From Mobula hypostoma (taxonomy: Eukaryota), in NCBI RefSeq assembly GCF_963921235.1, contig NC_086097.1, positions 80,230,001 through 80,294,000 of the forward strand: DNA of 64,000 nt. The letters are read 5' to 3'. Below the pieces are notes generated by a model. It saw only the letters and a program-made list of their open reading frames with translations. It did no database searches and was not told the origin of the DNA. The position numbers and the translations under genes are program-made. Below are positions 13,016 to 26,108 of this stretch, piece after piece (positions within the stretch are counted from its first letter, which is position 1; the number at the start of each line of letters is the position of its first letter).

Positions 13016-13035
13016 TGGGGGCTATGTTTGGGATT
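13016..13035 (+). promoter_or_regulatory. Degenerate tRNA-Pro primer binding site of the Gypsy element
   Basis: TGGGGGCTATGTTTGGGATT just after the 5' LTR, compared with the tRNA-Pro complement TGGGGGCTCGTCCGGGAT. Confidence 0.6.
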
Positions 13036-16000
13036 GATTCCATCGGATGCTGTGTGATTACCCTGAGTGAATTGTTAATTTGCCTGTTGAAGTTGCAATT
13101 GTGGGTGGATGTATGATAAAATGGCTCGCGCAGCTCTCATTTTAAGGCAGACCAGTGCAGATGTAGTGGTAGCTACGGGTGGAGATTTCAAAGGCAGGGT
13201 TCGATTGTTTCTGAGGAATGAGGGGAAAGAGTGGTGGGATTTGGAATGTCTAATTAGTCCACATCCCCCCGTGAAAAGTGAGAATTCTGAGTTGGTATCC
13301 GCCCTTCCCTCTCTGGCAAATGAATGGAAAAATCAGGTTGGGCGGAGCGGACCTCTCAGTTGTTAGATGAGTGACAGTGCTCTGATGATGAAAAGTGACA
13401 GAGATTGATTGAAGGTTTGAATGGGTGGGCCGCTGACATTGTGAGAACCGTCAGGCTGCAGTATCCCCTAGCAACCGTGAGTGATTACCTGGAAGCACTG
13501 GAAAGTTCTTTTGGCTCAACAGGAATCCCAATGGAGCTCAAGGTGGGGTTTCAGAACATGTGTCAGGAGAAGGGGGGGAAACTTTCTGCTTTTATTTTTC
13601 TGCTAGAGAGGCGGCTAAATTGCTTGTGGCACAGAGGGGTCATTCAGGCGGCTGAGGTGGATCAGTTAAGAATGGACCAGATAGCCAGGGGCGCCCAGTC
13701 CCAGGATCTGATTGCTTGGGGTCTCCGTCAGTCTCATAAGACATGCCCCCCTCCATCTTTTGTTGAGCTGATCAGAGAGGTACGGGAAGAGGAGAATGCA
13801 GAGGAGGCATGGTAGGACGCTGTCAGCAGGGTACAGTCCTCGGTAGCAGTCCCCTGCGGTGAACTGACCACAGATAGCCTACCCTGGGGAGCGGTAGAGG
13901 AGATTGCGGCAGAGTTGAGAACGGAGATATATCGGCTGTTATCAGCGGGTGTGACCCCCCCCCCCATATGATGGAGCTGATGGGGGTTGGATTCCCCAAC
14001 GGGACGAACAATGCGGGGGGCTGCTGGCAGCAGGTGTCACACCAGAAGGAGAGTGAGCCCCTGGGTACCTCAGCAAGGAGAGTCGCTGGGAAAACCTAGA
14101 GGAGACCCAGTGAGGGAACGGTCTGGTGTCTCTGGGGGAACACGTTCCCTGCAATGTACTAAGGAACCCCTGAAAGTGAAAGATCCTATTCCTGAAGGCT
14201 TAATTAGTCCATACTCCAGTATTTCGCTATGGATAGAGGGTATTTATGCCAAAGCCATACTCGACTGAGGGTCACAGGTCACGTTGTTGAACTGCTCGTT
14301 TTACAGCTGGTAACTGATGCATTTACCACTGACACCATTCAGGGCGCTGGAGATCTGGGGGCTTAGTGCTAGTGATTATCCATACAATGGTTATTTGTCA
14401 GTGAAGTTGGAGTTCTCGGAGACCAATGTGGGAGTGTCTGAGGTCTTTGATACAGTGATGCTGGTTTGTCCGGACCCTGTTGAGAAGGGCGACATTTCAA
14501 TTCTGGTGGGGACCAACACCCCTCTCGTGAGGAGGCTCATGGGGGCCTTGCAAGGAGAAGGCTGGTGAGAGCTTTCTGGGAACATTGTCCGTGCACCCGG
14601 GGATTTGAGCTGCTTTTGAGGAAGCGCGTGGCAGCATTGGGCCGGATACCGAATTTAGACGAGGGACTGTGTGGTTCATCCAGTCGAAGCCAATGGTAGT
14701 ACGGCCCAGGGAAGTAGCGAGAGTGATGGAGACCCCCAAATTTCCCGGAGTGCCCGAGGGCGAAGCCCTCTTAGTGGACACTCTGGAAGACCACGAGGGG
14801 GAGTCGGGATTTCCTGCTGGGGTACTGGTGAGGCCCGAATTGCAGAAGCCCTCGGTTGTACAGGAACACAGGATGGCAGTGATTGTCAGGAACACTACGA
14901 AGAGGGAGGTCACCTTCAAGCGGGGGATGCCCCGGCGCATTTGTTCCCGGTGACGGTAATGTCTAGTGCCGCTGTGAGGCACGCCGGGGAGAAACTATCG
15001 GAAAAGGGGGGAGAGTTGACCGTTGAGTCGTTCAACTTCGGGGACTCCCCGGTTCCTGCAGGTTGGAAGAGGAGGTTGGTAGAGAAGATGTTGAAGCTGG
15101 AAGGTGTCTTTTCCACTGGCGAGTTTGATGTGGGTTGTTCCAAGAGCACGCGTCACACTGTCTGGGTGACTGAGGATATCCAGTTCAGAGAAAGATCGCG
15201 GTGACTGGCCCTTGCAAAGGTGGAGGATGTTCGGCAGCATTTGTGTAAGTTGAAGGAAGCTGGGATCATCACCGAGTCCCGAAGCCCCTATGCGTTCCCA
15301 GTAGTAGTGGCCCGGAAGAACAGGAATGTACATGTGTGTGGACTATAGGACACTGAACAGGCACACCGTCCCTGACCAGTATACTGTCCCGAGGATCGAA
15401 GATGCGCTGGCCTGTCTGAGTGGTGCGAAGTGGTTCAGTGTGCTGGACTTGAGGAGTGGATATTACCAGATCCCCATGTGTGAGGCTGACAAAGAGAAAA
15501 CGGCATTTATATGTCCTCTGGGACTTTTCCAGTTTGAAAGGATGCCCCAGAGCATCTTAGGAGCTCCTGCAACCTTTCAGCGGCTCATGGAGAAGACAGT
15601 GGGGGGATATGAACTTGCTTGAGGTATCGGTATATCTGGATGACCTCATAGTATTTGGATCCACTTTGGAAGAACATGAAGCAAGGCTGCTGAAGGTGCT
15701 GGGCTGCCTGAAAGCTGAAGGGTTAAAACTTTCCCTGGACAAGTGCCAGTTCTGCCAAACGTCTGTTAGCTATGTTGGGCACATAGTCTCATGAGATGGA
15801 GCAGTTACAGATCCTGCTAAGGTAGAAGCGGTTACCACTTGGCCAAGACCCCAGATGGTGAATGCCCTGCACTCGTTCCTCAGGTTCTGTGGTTACTATC
15901 AGAGGTTCATGAAGGGCTACGCGAAAGTGAGTCACCCGTTGAATCAGCTTCTGTGCAGTTACCCTCCCTTGGGGAAGAAAGGACAGGAGGATGGAGAGCA

Positions 16001-19000
16001 TCTTAACCCGTTAGAGCCCTTTGGACCGAGGTGGGAAGTAAAGTGTGAGGAGGCCCTTCAGTCGCTGAAGAAGCTGCTGACTCAGGTGCCGGGACTGGCT
16101 TTTGTGGACCCCCGATTATTGTATGTACTGCACACAGATGCCAGACGTGAGGGACTAGGGGGCATTCTGTATCAGGATCAGGGCTCTGGGTTGAGGCCCG
16201 TTGCATTTGTCAGCCGGAATCTGTCACCTTCTGAGAAAAACTATCCCACACACAAGTTGGAATTTCTGGTGTTGAAATGGGTGGTGGTGGATAAGCTGAA
16301 TGACTACCTCTACGGGGCCAAGTCTGAGGTGAGGACGGACAACAACCCCCAACTTGTATTCTGGCCTCAGCGAAACTGGATGCCACAGGCCATCGGTGGT
16401 TGGCGGCGTTGTCTGCCTATGATTTCAGCCTGAAGTATCGGACGGGAAGCAGCTACATTGATGCTGATGCTTTGTCCCAACAGGCGCATGAGGGACTGGT
16501 CAGGGACGAAGAGCGGGAGATCGTTCCTGCCCTGGGGGTGAAGGCCCTGTGTCAGTTTGCCATCACCATGAAGGCAGAGGAAAAGGAGGGGCAGGATCGA
16601 GCAGTGGATCAACTGGGAGCTTCTGATGACGCCATCCCCCAAGTTTACTGTAACCTGGCTGCTCTGAAGACAAATCAGCTGCCGGAATTGAGTTCTGGGG
16701 AAGTTGCAGCTGCTCAGCGAGATGATCCTGGCATTGGTACCATTTGGGCTGTGGTTGAAAAGGAAGACATGGCTCAGGTGGAGAAGACAAAACATGTGTC
16801 AGTGCCTCCATTACTGTGGGAATGGCCTAGGTTGGAGTTGAAGAACCAACTCTTATACGGGGTTACATCAACCCCAGACTGACCCCGGCGTTGCCAGCTG
16901 GTTCTGCCCGAGAAGTATCGGAGGATGTCGTTGAAATCACTTCATGATGATTCCGGACATTTGGGGGTGAAAAAGACTGATGGATTGCTCAGAGAACTGT
17001 TTTTCTGTCCCCGAATGAAGTCAGAGGTCGAAGAATACTGCCAGTTGTCCAATCGCTGCATATGGCGGAAGACACTGCCTACGCGAGCAGCTCCCTTGTC
17101 CCACTTGCAGGGTGCAGGGCCTCTGGACCTGGTGTATATGGAGTTCCTGTCAATAGAACCTGATCCCAGCAACACAGCAAATGTCTTAGTCATCACAGAC
17201 CACTACACCAGATATGCTCAGTCTTTTCCTACCAAGGACCAGAGGGTGTTGACAATGGCAAAAGTGTTATGGGAGAAGTACTTAATCTTTATGGCCTTTC
17301 CGGGTGGATACATAATGATCAGGGATGGGATTTCGAGAGTAGACTCATCCATGAGTTACTGGGTATGCTTGGAGTTGAGAAGTCGAGGACCATGCCCTAT
17401 CACCCACAGGGTGATCCCCAGCCAGAGAGGTTTAATCAGACCTTGCTAGACATGCTCAGGACCCTGGAGATCAGCAAGAAGAGCAAATGGAGTCAACATA
17501 TTGGGCATCTGGTTCACTCTTGCAACTGTACACGAAATGAAGGTACTGGGTACTCGCCATATTATCTGATGTTTGGGTGTGAGGCGAGGTTGCCTATTGA
17601 CCTTTGTTTTGGGACTGACAAGGGTGACTTACCACTGAAGACTTATCTGAAGTATGTGTCTGACATGAGAAGAGAATTGAAAAGGGCTTATGAATTAGCT
17701 GGGGTGACAGCTGCCAAGCAGAACCAAGGAAATAAAAGGAGGTATGATCAAAAGGTGAGGTTCTCCCAACTCCTGCCGGGAGACAGAGTCTTCATAAGGA
17801 ATTTGGGGTGACCTGGAAACCATAAGTTGGCTGACCGCCGGGCAGCTACGCCCTATGTGGTGGAGAGTCAGATGCCAAACCTACCAGTTTTCCGGGTGAG
17901 ACCAAAGGATGGGAATGGACTGTTAAGATTCTCCATCGAAACCACCCGCTGCCTCTGGGACAAGAGGTGCAGGTAGACCCAGAGCCTGATTTGGAGCCTA
18001 CACCTAGTAAGAGGACGCTGCGGAAATGCGGAGCGACTGCAGGGCCCACAGTGGGAGAGGTTAGGCCGGTCCCCACCCCTGAGGGGGATACTGATTCAGT
18101 GGATGAGGGCCAGGATGTGTGATATATACCGCCTTTCACTAACTCTCCACTGATTGAGGAAGAGACTCCTGGCCCTTCTCCCGTTGAGTCAGGTGAGTGG
18201 GGGGGGGCTATCTGTGGGCAGCCTGGGTTGCAGTGGGACTCTGCAGGGGAGGCCATGGGACAGATGGGTATGAGTTAGAGGTGGGCCAAGTGATAGGGCG
18301 GGGTGGCCACACCATGTAGACTGGAAGTATCCCCAGTAGTGTCCGAACCTGAAGAGTTAGGTGAGGGGGTGCAGAGTGTGACCCCTACCATTTTGGGGAG
18401 CTTTGTCATTGCCTTGTGTTGGACTTGGATTGGACTTTGTGTTGTGCAGGAAGGGCTGGCAAATTATCTCAATGTAATGAGAACATGACTGAATTTGGTG
18501 TGGGGAACAGTGTAATGGCTTCTCTGTAAGGTTCCAGTGCTGATGTAATGGTTTCTCTGTAGCAGCAATGTTTGGGTTATGACTAGAGATAACGGGGCAT
18601 GCTAGCTAATGAACAGGGTATCTTTTTTCTTGTGTGTCTTGGAGCTGGGAATTCACGGGTTTTTCTTTTGGCCGGGGAGAGATGAGGAGGGAAGACGTGA
18701 CCGGAGAGAGTTGGGAGACTGCCGGACAGAGTGGACCTGGAGTGAGGATCCGAAGGTCAGTGACGATTGGAGGAGGTCGATGGTGGACGAACGGCCTTAT
18801 CAGTGAGGTCCAACCTTGCACAATAGACTGTTTCATGAGAATGGGCCCTTTTCCTTTTTTGTTTTCTTTACTAACCACGTGGTCAAATTCGGAATTATAA
18901 AGCTTAATCGTTTAATCGCATATTGTGTACTGTTTGTTATTTCAGGGTACTGATTTGTAACAGGGGACACATCGCGCAGCATCCACCCAAACGAGATTTC

Positions 19001-19225
19001 TTAAGTTTGGCTGGGCCTGGAGATATCATTCCCTATATTAAACCGCTAGCCAAAGCGAGAGTTACACACATAAGCATTTGTCAATGATGAACAAATCCTT
19101 CAACATATTATGTAAAATTTTCTGGAATATGTAAAAGCTTGCTGTGATTAGACAACTCATTTACTTCACAATCAGAGAAAATTACAGTAGCCCCTAAAAA
19201 CTGATATGGGAATTAGAATCTGAGT

Positions 19226-19372
19226 TTACAGCATGGAAACTGGCCTTTTGGTCCAATTCATCTATACTGACTAAGAAGCCTTCCTGAGCTGGTTCTATTT
19301 GTTTGCATTTGGCCTACATCCCTCTAAACCTTTCCTCTGCATGAACCTGTTCAAGTGCCTTTTAAGCATCTA
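19226..19372 (-). repeat. CR1 3' tail fragment
   Basis: ACAGCATGGAAACTGGCCTTTTGGTCC is the reverse complement of the CR1 3' terminus. Confidence 0.6.
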
Positions 19373-21369
19373 TTAGTAAAGGGAATAGCATGTAAATTTC
19401 TTGTAAGCTGCATGTTTGGAGATGCAGATGGTGTTAACTGTACTGTTCATTGCTTTATTGTCCACTAAGGGCCAACGTCATGTGGCTTGCACTATATGAG
19501 GCTGGATGACATTTCTTAAAGCCAGCTCACTCCAGTTAAACAGCAGGTGCAACAAGTGGTGAAAATCGTTGTCGGATGTTTCTCATTCTGCCATGGGGAA
19601 TGGTGACATGGGTATAATATGGGCAAACACAGTATCAAGATAAAAGTCATGGGTAGGAGAAACTGTGTTTACCCATGGCAGGAGAGAAGACCAAGGATAT
19701 CTGACACCAACCAGCTCATAGAGGTGGTCAGTATATGTAAAGTGCAAGGGTTTCATCTTCACTTCAAGTTGTTAACCATATCCATTAATCAGGATTCCTA
19801 CTTAATAATAAATGTGTTTTTATGTCAGTATTTATCCATTTTACATATGGGCATCTGAGAGATGGTTGGTAAACCAATGCTAGCACCACCTTTTTCCCCT
19901 GCTACAGGTTGGCTGTATCTTCTGTTTGTATATCTTTATAGTGGTTTGAAAATGCCACCAACATTTCTCTTTAACCTAAGGACAATTAGAGGGACATTAA
20001 ATTATGATCTTTTATGCTGCATCACAGAAAAATAAATTACAAAGAAAGCCAAGTATCACAAGGATGTTAATGAAGAATCTCAGAATCGGTAAAAGGTTAG
20101 AAATACATTGGGGATAATTTTGGATGCTAAATGTGTGGCTAGAAAGGCGGTACAATCAATCACTTCATCATTCTGGTGATTCGGGAATAATCATTAATAA
20201 CATAATAATCATCTACATTTTACACAGAAATTACATTCATGTTTTACACTGGAATTACAGATCTTCCCATTGAAGGCATCCCAACATGCCTCCTGAAGGA
20301 AGGACATAATACTCTCAGCAATTTATAAAGGCCATTTCGAATCCCAATAATGAAGCTGAATGGAAACATATCAATAAGGAAAAGATCAATGATATTAAAA
20401 TGTGACTAAATTATATAGTGTCCTCTTGTCCAATTATTCACAAACTGTTGTTTAACACTGGTTCATCAGAAAACAATGTTATTCTTGATACCTTGTCAAA
20501 ACCAGACGAGAATTGCTGGTTATTACTCTGTACATCAAGTTGCAATGCACTTGCAACACAATTTCATCTGGTCTGATTTTGCGAAGTTTTTGTACCCTTT
20601 CAATTGAGATGTAGTTCTCAGTGAAACATAATGTTAGAAGTCCCAGAGTCTGTTTGCCAGATGGTATTTAATTAATGCTTGGAATTGTACTTTCAGCAGC
20701 AGTAACCATGAAAAATTGGCTTGCTTGGACCTCTGTCTAATCTTTTGTCTCTTGTGCTCACGGCTATACATATATTTCCTTCATAGTCCTCATGGTGAGC
20801 AAGATTCCTGGAACTTGAAGCAATGTAATTTTCAATAAATAAAGTATGAACTGTACTGGTTCATGTGACCTTACACAGAGAATGATATCTTCTGTGTGAT
20901 ATCTGAAGAAAAGTTATCAAAGGAGGAGAGAACTGGGAACATTTGACAGCACTTTTTATTATGTGCAGTCAATATGTGGCCAAGTGGGTGTAAAGAACTG
21001 CAGATCTATATTAATGATAGGCTCAGAGTGTAAAGAAAATAGAGCACAGAAATAGTTCCTTCAGCTCACAGTCTACCACCCATTTACACTGACCCAATAT
21101 TAATCCCATTTTTTAGAGGGCATGTTCATAATGAGCTCTTTGGGCCTGTGCGGGGAGCTGGAAAGCATTGGGCTCAGAGGTTTTTAGAGCACCTGAAATG
21201 GTTAATTGTTGTTTAATGACAGTTATTAATCATTTCAAGTTCCTTTTGTTTTCCTCGAGCGACTTGCTCTTTGTAATGCAGTCTCCTAGTGTCTTGTGTT
21301 TAAGCTTGTTAAGTTTATTTGGATAGGCTCAGGAATTCCATGTTACTTGTATTATATAAGTGGATATCT

Positions 21370-22932
21370 GATTAGTGACCCTGTGATCTCTGTCTCGGAA
21401 ACCGATGTTAGGCTGTCTTTAAAGAGGGTGAACCCTTGTAAGGCGGAAGTCCCCGACGAAGTACCTGGTAAGGCTCTGAAAACTTGTGCCAACCAACTGC
21501 TGGGAGTATTCAAAGACATTTTCAACCTCTCACTGCTGTGGTTGGAAGTTCCCACTTGTTTCAAAAAGGCAACAACTATACCAGTGACTAAGAAGAATAA
21601 TGTGAGCTGCCTTAACGACTATCGCCCAGTAGTACTCACATCTACAGTGTTGAAATGCTTTGAGAGGTTGATCATGACTAAACTGAACTCTTGCCTTAGC
21701 AAGGACCTGGACCCATTGCAACTTGCCTATTGCCACAATAGGTCAACAGCAGACGCAATCTCAATGGCTCTCCACACGGTTTTAGACCACCTGGACAACA
21801 CAAACACCTATGTCAGGATGCTGTTCATCGACTATAACTCAGCATTTAACACCATCATTCCCACAACTCTGATTGAGAAATTACAGAACCTGGGCCTCTG
21901 CAACTGGATCCTCAAGTTTCTAAACAGAAGACCACAATTTGTGTGGATTGGTGACAATATTGCCTCCTCACTGACGATCAACACTGGCGCACCTCAGGAG
22001 TGTGTGCTTTGTCCACTGCTCTACTCTCTCTATACCCATGACTGTGTGGCTAGGCATAGCTCAAATACCATCTATAAATTTGCTGATGATACAACCATTG
22101 TTGATAGAATCTCAGATGGAGACCAGAGAGCGTGCAGGAGTGAGATATGCCAACTAGTGGAGTGGTGTCACCGCAACAACCTGGCACTCAACGTCAGTAA
22201 GATGAAAGAGCTGATTGTGGACTTCAGGAAGGGTAAGACAAAGGAACACATACCAATCCTCATAGAGGGATCAGAAGTAGAGAGAGTGAACAGCTTCAAG
22301 TTCCTGAGTGTCAAGATCTCTGAGGACCTAACCTGGTACCAACATATCAATGCAGCTATAAAGAAAGCAAGATAGAGGCTATACTTCATTAGGAGTTTGA
22401 AGAGATTTGGTATGTCAACAAAAACACTCAAAACTTCTATAGCTGTACCGTGGACAGCATTCTGCCAGGCTGTATCACTGTCTGGTACAGGGGGGAGTGG
22501 AGGGAAAAACTACTGCACAGGACCCAAAGAAGCTGCAGAAGGTTGTAAGTTTATTTGGCTCCATCTTGGGTACTAGCCTACAAAGGTAGTGTCGATTATT
22601 AAGGACCCCCAGCACCCAGGGCATGCCCTTTTCTCACTGTTACCATCAGGTAGGAGGTACAGAAGCCTGAAGACACACACTTGGTGATTCAGGAACAGCT
22701 TCTTCCCCTCTGCCCGATTCTTAAATGGACATTGAACCCATGAACACTACCTCACTTTTTTAATATATGTTATTTCTGTTTTTGCATGATTTTAATCTAT
22801 TCAATATATATATAGTAATTTATTTACATATATATTTATTTACTTCTATATTATGTATTGCATTGAACTGCTGCTGCTAAGTTAACAAATTTCAGGACAC
22901 ATGCTGGTGATAATAAACTTGATTGTGATTAG
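21370..22932 (+). mobile_element. Rex1/Babar LINE, 5'-truncated, RT frame open 21296-22375
   Basis: [51 protein letters not shown]; ends GGTGATAATAAACTTGATT. Confidence 0.92.
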
Positions 22933-22989
22933 CAGTGATTCTGCTAATTACAGGATCCTAGTTTTGAGAATGTTACGGATATTGAACTT

Positions 22990-23279
22990 TTTACTGTTGG
23001 ACTTCGGCCACACTCCACTGAGATTCAACTCTGGGCAGCACGGGAGGTCGTTGCTGCCTGTAGCCATCGAACTTGCAGCTCCTCCCTTGGAGGGTCAGAC
23101 ACCCTGAGCCAATAGACTGGTCCTGGACTTTTTTCCATCTGGCATAGTTTGCATTTTGTTGTTTGATTGTTTGTGGTTTTTGTATTGCTATATTTATGCT
23201 CTATTCTTGGTTGGTGTGGCTGTAACGAAACCCAATTTCCCTCGGGATCAATAAAGTATATTTATCTATCTATCTATCT
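22990..23279 (+). mobile_element. Short LINE 3' fragment (Rex-like) with (TATC)n tail
   Basis: CCCTCGGGATCAATAAAGTATATTTATCTATCTATCTATC end; lies inside the 5' LTR above. Confidence 0.65.
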
Positions 23280-23738
23280 TCTCATGGTGTTGCTTGGCCG
23301 AGCCACCAATGTTTTGAGCCACCAATGTTTTGTTGGAATTATTATGAATAAAATTTTATCGCTGTCTCTACATCAGAGTCTGCACTTTGGTTCTAATCTT
23401 GCCAGTGCACATTGTGACAGAAGGACCCTGCCGAGTAATGGACCCACTGGAGGTTGAACAGTGGTGTTTTGATATCGGTCAACTTCAGTTGAGAATGCCG
23501 TCTGTTCTCAAATAAACATTCCGAGTTTCTCAAATTCACATTACGAGTCCACGTTCTGAGAGTCTCTCTTGTACATTTTGAGTTTCTCCAGACTCTGTTT
23601 TGGGATTTTCAAGTCATAAATACCCGAGTTCTCGGCTTTGGGATCCCATGACTCAGATTTGCATAACAATTGAGCGCTTCAAGCAAGCTTATTGACAAAA
23701 TTCATTGATTCAATAAATCAGCATTCAAGTCGATAGTG

Positions 23739-24431
23739 TGTAGCCCTCCCTAGCCGCCCTCAGGGTCGCTCGGCTTGCTGTCGTCTAGGGAAGCAGCCCT
23801 TGACCCCAGCAAACTGGGTAATTCGTTTGTGTGGATGCTGTGTGAGGTACCCCACCCCGCCCAAATAACAGACAATACACCAGATACGATTAAATGATTT
23901 ACAGTTTATAGATATTACTGGAACTATATAATTAATAGAGAATAAATATAAAAGGAAAATAAAAGGCGCCACACTTATCAAAGTTCAATCTCTTTGTGCA
24001 CAAACAGTTGGAGCTCAAGGACCTTCTTCTTCACCCTGCGTCCCCTCGAACCACTTCGACCGGCCGCCTGGGACCAACAACGGTGGTCGACCAGACGCTC
24101 CACCCTAGTCCGTCTCTGTCTCCTCGCCGAACGCCCTCCTCGAGGTCCGACCCCATTAGCGGACATCACAGCACCTCGTCCATCCTCTGTCTCGCTCTCC
24201 CGCCTTCTCCCCCAAAACCCAGCACATACAGTATCTTCAAATACACCAAAACCATAACAACTATCCCAATTGGTTAATAGTATCCTCTTTTCACACTCTC
24301 AACCAAAACAAACTGCTAGCGCAAACTTTCTCAGCGTTTAACACAATAAAGCTGCATTCCCCAGATTAACATAACAAAGACGCCATTTTAATTAGCCTCC
24401 GCAGTAACATAAAAGTCGAAACCCCCTTACA
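23739..24431. mobile_element. Solo LTR (Gypsy-type, 693 bp)
   Basis: TGTAG...TTACA termini; 4-bp TSD AGTG at 23735-23738 and 24432-24435. Confidence 0.85.
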
Positions 24432-25505
24432 AGTGTAAAGTTTGAAAGAGTAAAACACTGAGCAAGATCCTTCAATGGATCCTTCCCTAGGTTTCGAGTT
24501 TCCTGTTTTCAAGTCTCAAATTTCTGGGTCTCAAGGCCTTTTCTGGGTCTAACCGCCCCAATGTAAGTGTTCCTGTCTAAGGGTCCCGACCTAAACGTTC
24601 AAGGTTTTTTAAGGTTCTCAAGATCATCAAGTTTCTCAAAGTCATCAAAGCTTTCAAGGTTTCCAAGATTTTTTCAATGCTCCTCCCTTCCTGAGGACTC
24701 CCAAGCCTCCCTCTTGGGGCTCCACTCAAGGTTTCCCTCAAGGTTCCATGCTTTCGCTCGAGGTTCCCTATCTCTCAGTCTCTCGGAGTTCCCACGTCAC
24801 TGCCTCTCAAGGTCCCTCCTGATTTCTCCATACCTCCCTTTTGAGTTCCCCAGGTCTCTCAAATCGTTCCTGGATTTTGAGTTTTCAGGTCTCCCTGGGC
24901 AGTCAGGTGCCGGCCTTAGAGAGGGCAGTCCTGTAATGAATTCTTCGGGCCTGTGTGAGGCGCCAGAGAGCAATAGGTTATTAGTGCACCTGAATTTGTC
25001 AATTTTTGTTTAAAGACAATTGTTAATTATTTAGAGTTCCTTATGTTTTTCTTGAGCTCTTTGTAAAGAGATCTGCTGGTGCTTTCTATTTAAACTTTTT
25101 CAGTTTAGTTTGATAACTCAGGGATTCCGAGGTTGCACGAATCTCAGGTTGCTAGTTTTGACAGAATGTCACTTCTTGCAGTGGCACTTGGCTGAGCCAC
25201 CGATGTTCTTTTGGAATCATTATGAATAAACTCTCGTCGCGTATCTACATCAGCATCTGCCTTTGCTCTGCACTAGAGTTCTAGTATTGCCGGCACACAT
25301 CATGACAATGTCCTGGATGGTCAGGGTGCTTAATGATGAACCTGGCCTTTTTGAGGTATCGGCTCCTGAAGGTGTCCTTGACGATGGTGAGGGTTATGCC
25401 TGTGATGGAGATGGCTGTAACCATCTGCAGTGTCTTGCGATCTAGTGCAATGCAACCTCCATACCATGCTGTGATGTAACCAGATAGAATGACCTCCACT
25501 ATAAA

Positions 25506-26108
25506 CAGTACTGTGCAAAAGTCTTAGGCACATGTAAAAGAATTCTGTAAAGCGAAGAGCTTTGAAAAATAAAGAAATGAAAAGTTTCTAAATATCAAAA
25601 AAAATCTAAATCTAATCAATATTTGGTATGAACACTGTAGTAACATCTACTTTGAAAAAGGCACACTCGACAACTTCATGCCCAAGAAACAACTTTATCT
25701 CGAACTTCAAAACTGTTATGTATATACAGAGGCTTTCACAACCCATACGGCATGGCAGGCACACTATATACAAAGCCCACTGGAAGTAAAAGAACGGAAG
25801 TAAAACCCCCCATTATCCTAATTAGTGTCAACTTATTTTTAATCATGCTCACATTACAACAAACACCCTTTGCCATTAAAACAGCATCGGTCCTCTGCAT
25901 GTTGTGCAGTTTGACAAGAAAATCGGCTGGTAGGTTGTTCCAAATGTCTTGGAGAACTTGCTACAGTCTGTAGGCTGTCTCGCTTGCTTCTGCCTCTTCA
26001 GGTAATCCCAGACAGCCTTGATGATGTTGAAACAAGGGCCCTTTGGGGGTCATACCATCTGAAATCATACAGAAAATTTAAGGTGGCTGAGTCTTTTGCA
26101 CAGTTCTG
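25506..26108. mobile_element. Tc1/mariner-derived non-autonomous element
   Basis: TIRs CAGTACTGTGCAAAAGTCTTAGGCAC and its near reverse complement GTGGCTGAGTCTTTTGCACAGTTCTG. Confidence 0.8.
25636..25861. mobile_element. Short solo LTR inside the Tc1 element
   Basis: TGTAGTAA...TTACAACA termini with 5-bp TSD AACAC. Confidence 0.65.

Larger units (their letters stand above)
12329..19066 (+). mobile_element. Full-length degenerate Gypsy LTR retrotransposon (PNMA-like gag, PR-RT-RH-IN)
   Basis: 5' LTR 12329-13011 (disrupted) and 3' LTR 18511-19066, both TGTAATGGCTTCT...GTTACA; TSD CACA. Gag DYLEALESSFGS..PPPSFVELIREVREEE; PR AILD*GSQVT; RT LDLRSGYYQI, YLDD; RH LHTDA, RTDNNP; IN HDDSGHLG, HNDQGWDFES, PQGDPQPERFN. 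Confidence 0.95.
21127..25307 (+). mobile_element. Non-autonomous LTR element (5' LTR 21127-about 23419, interrupted; 3' LTR 24932-25307; non-coding interior)
   Basis: The two LTRs are homologous and end in TGACA. GAAGGACCCTGCC..ATGGACCC follows the 5' LTR and the purine tract AGAGAGGGCAGTCC precedes the 3' LTR. TSD ATGTT/ATGTC; the flanks rejoin as Rex1 AGAGGGCATGTCCTGGATGG. Confidence 0.8.
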
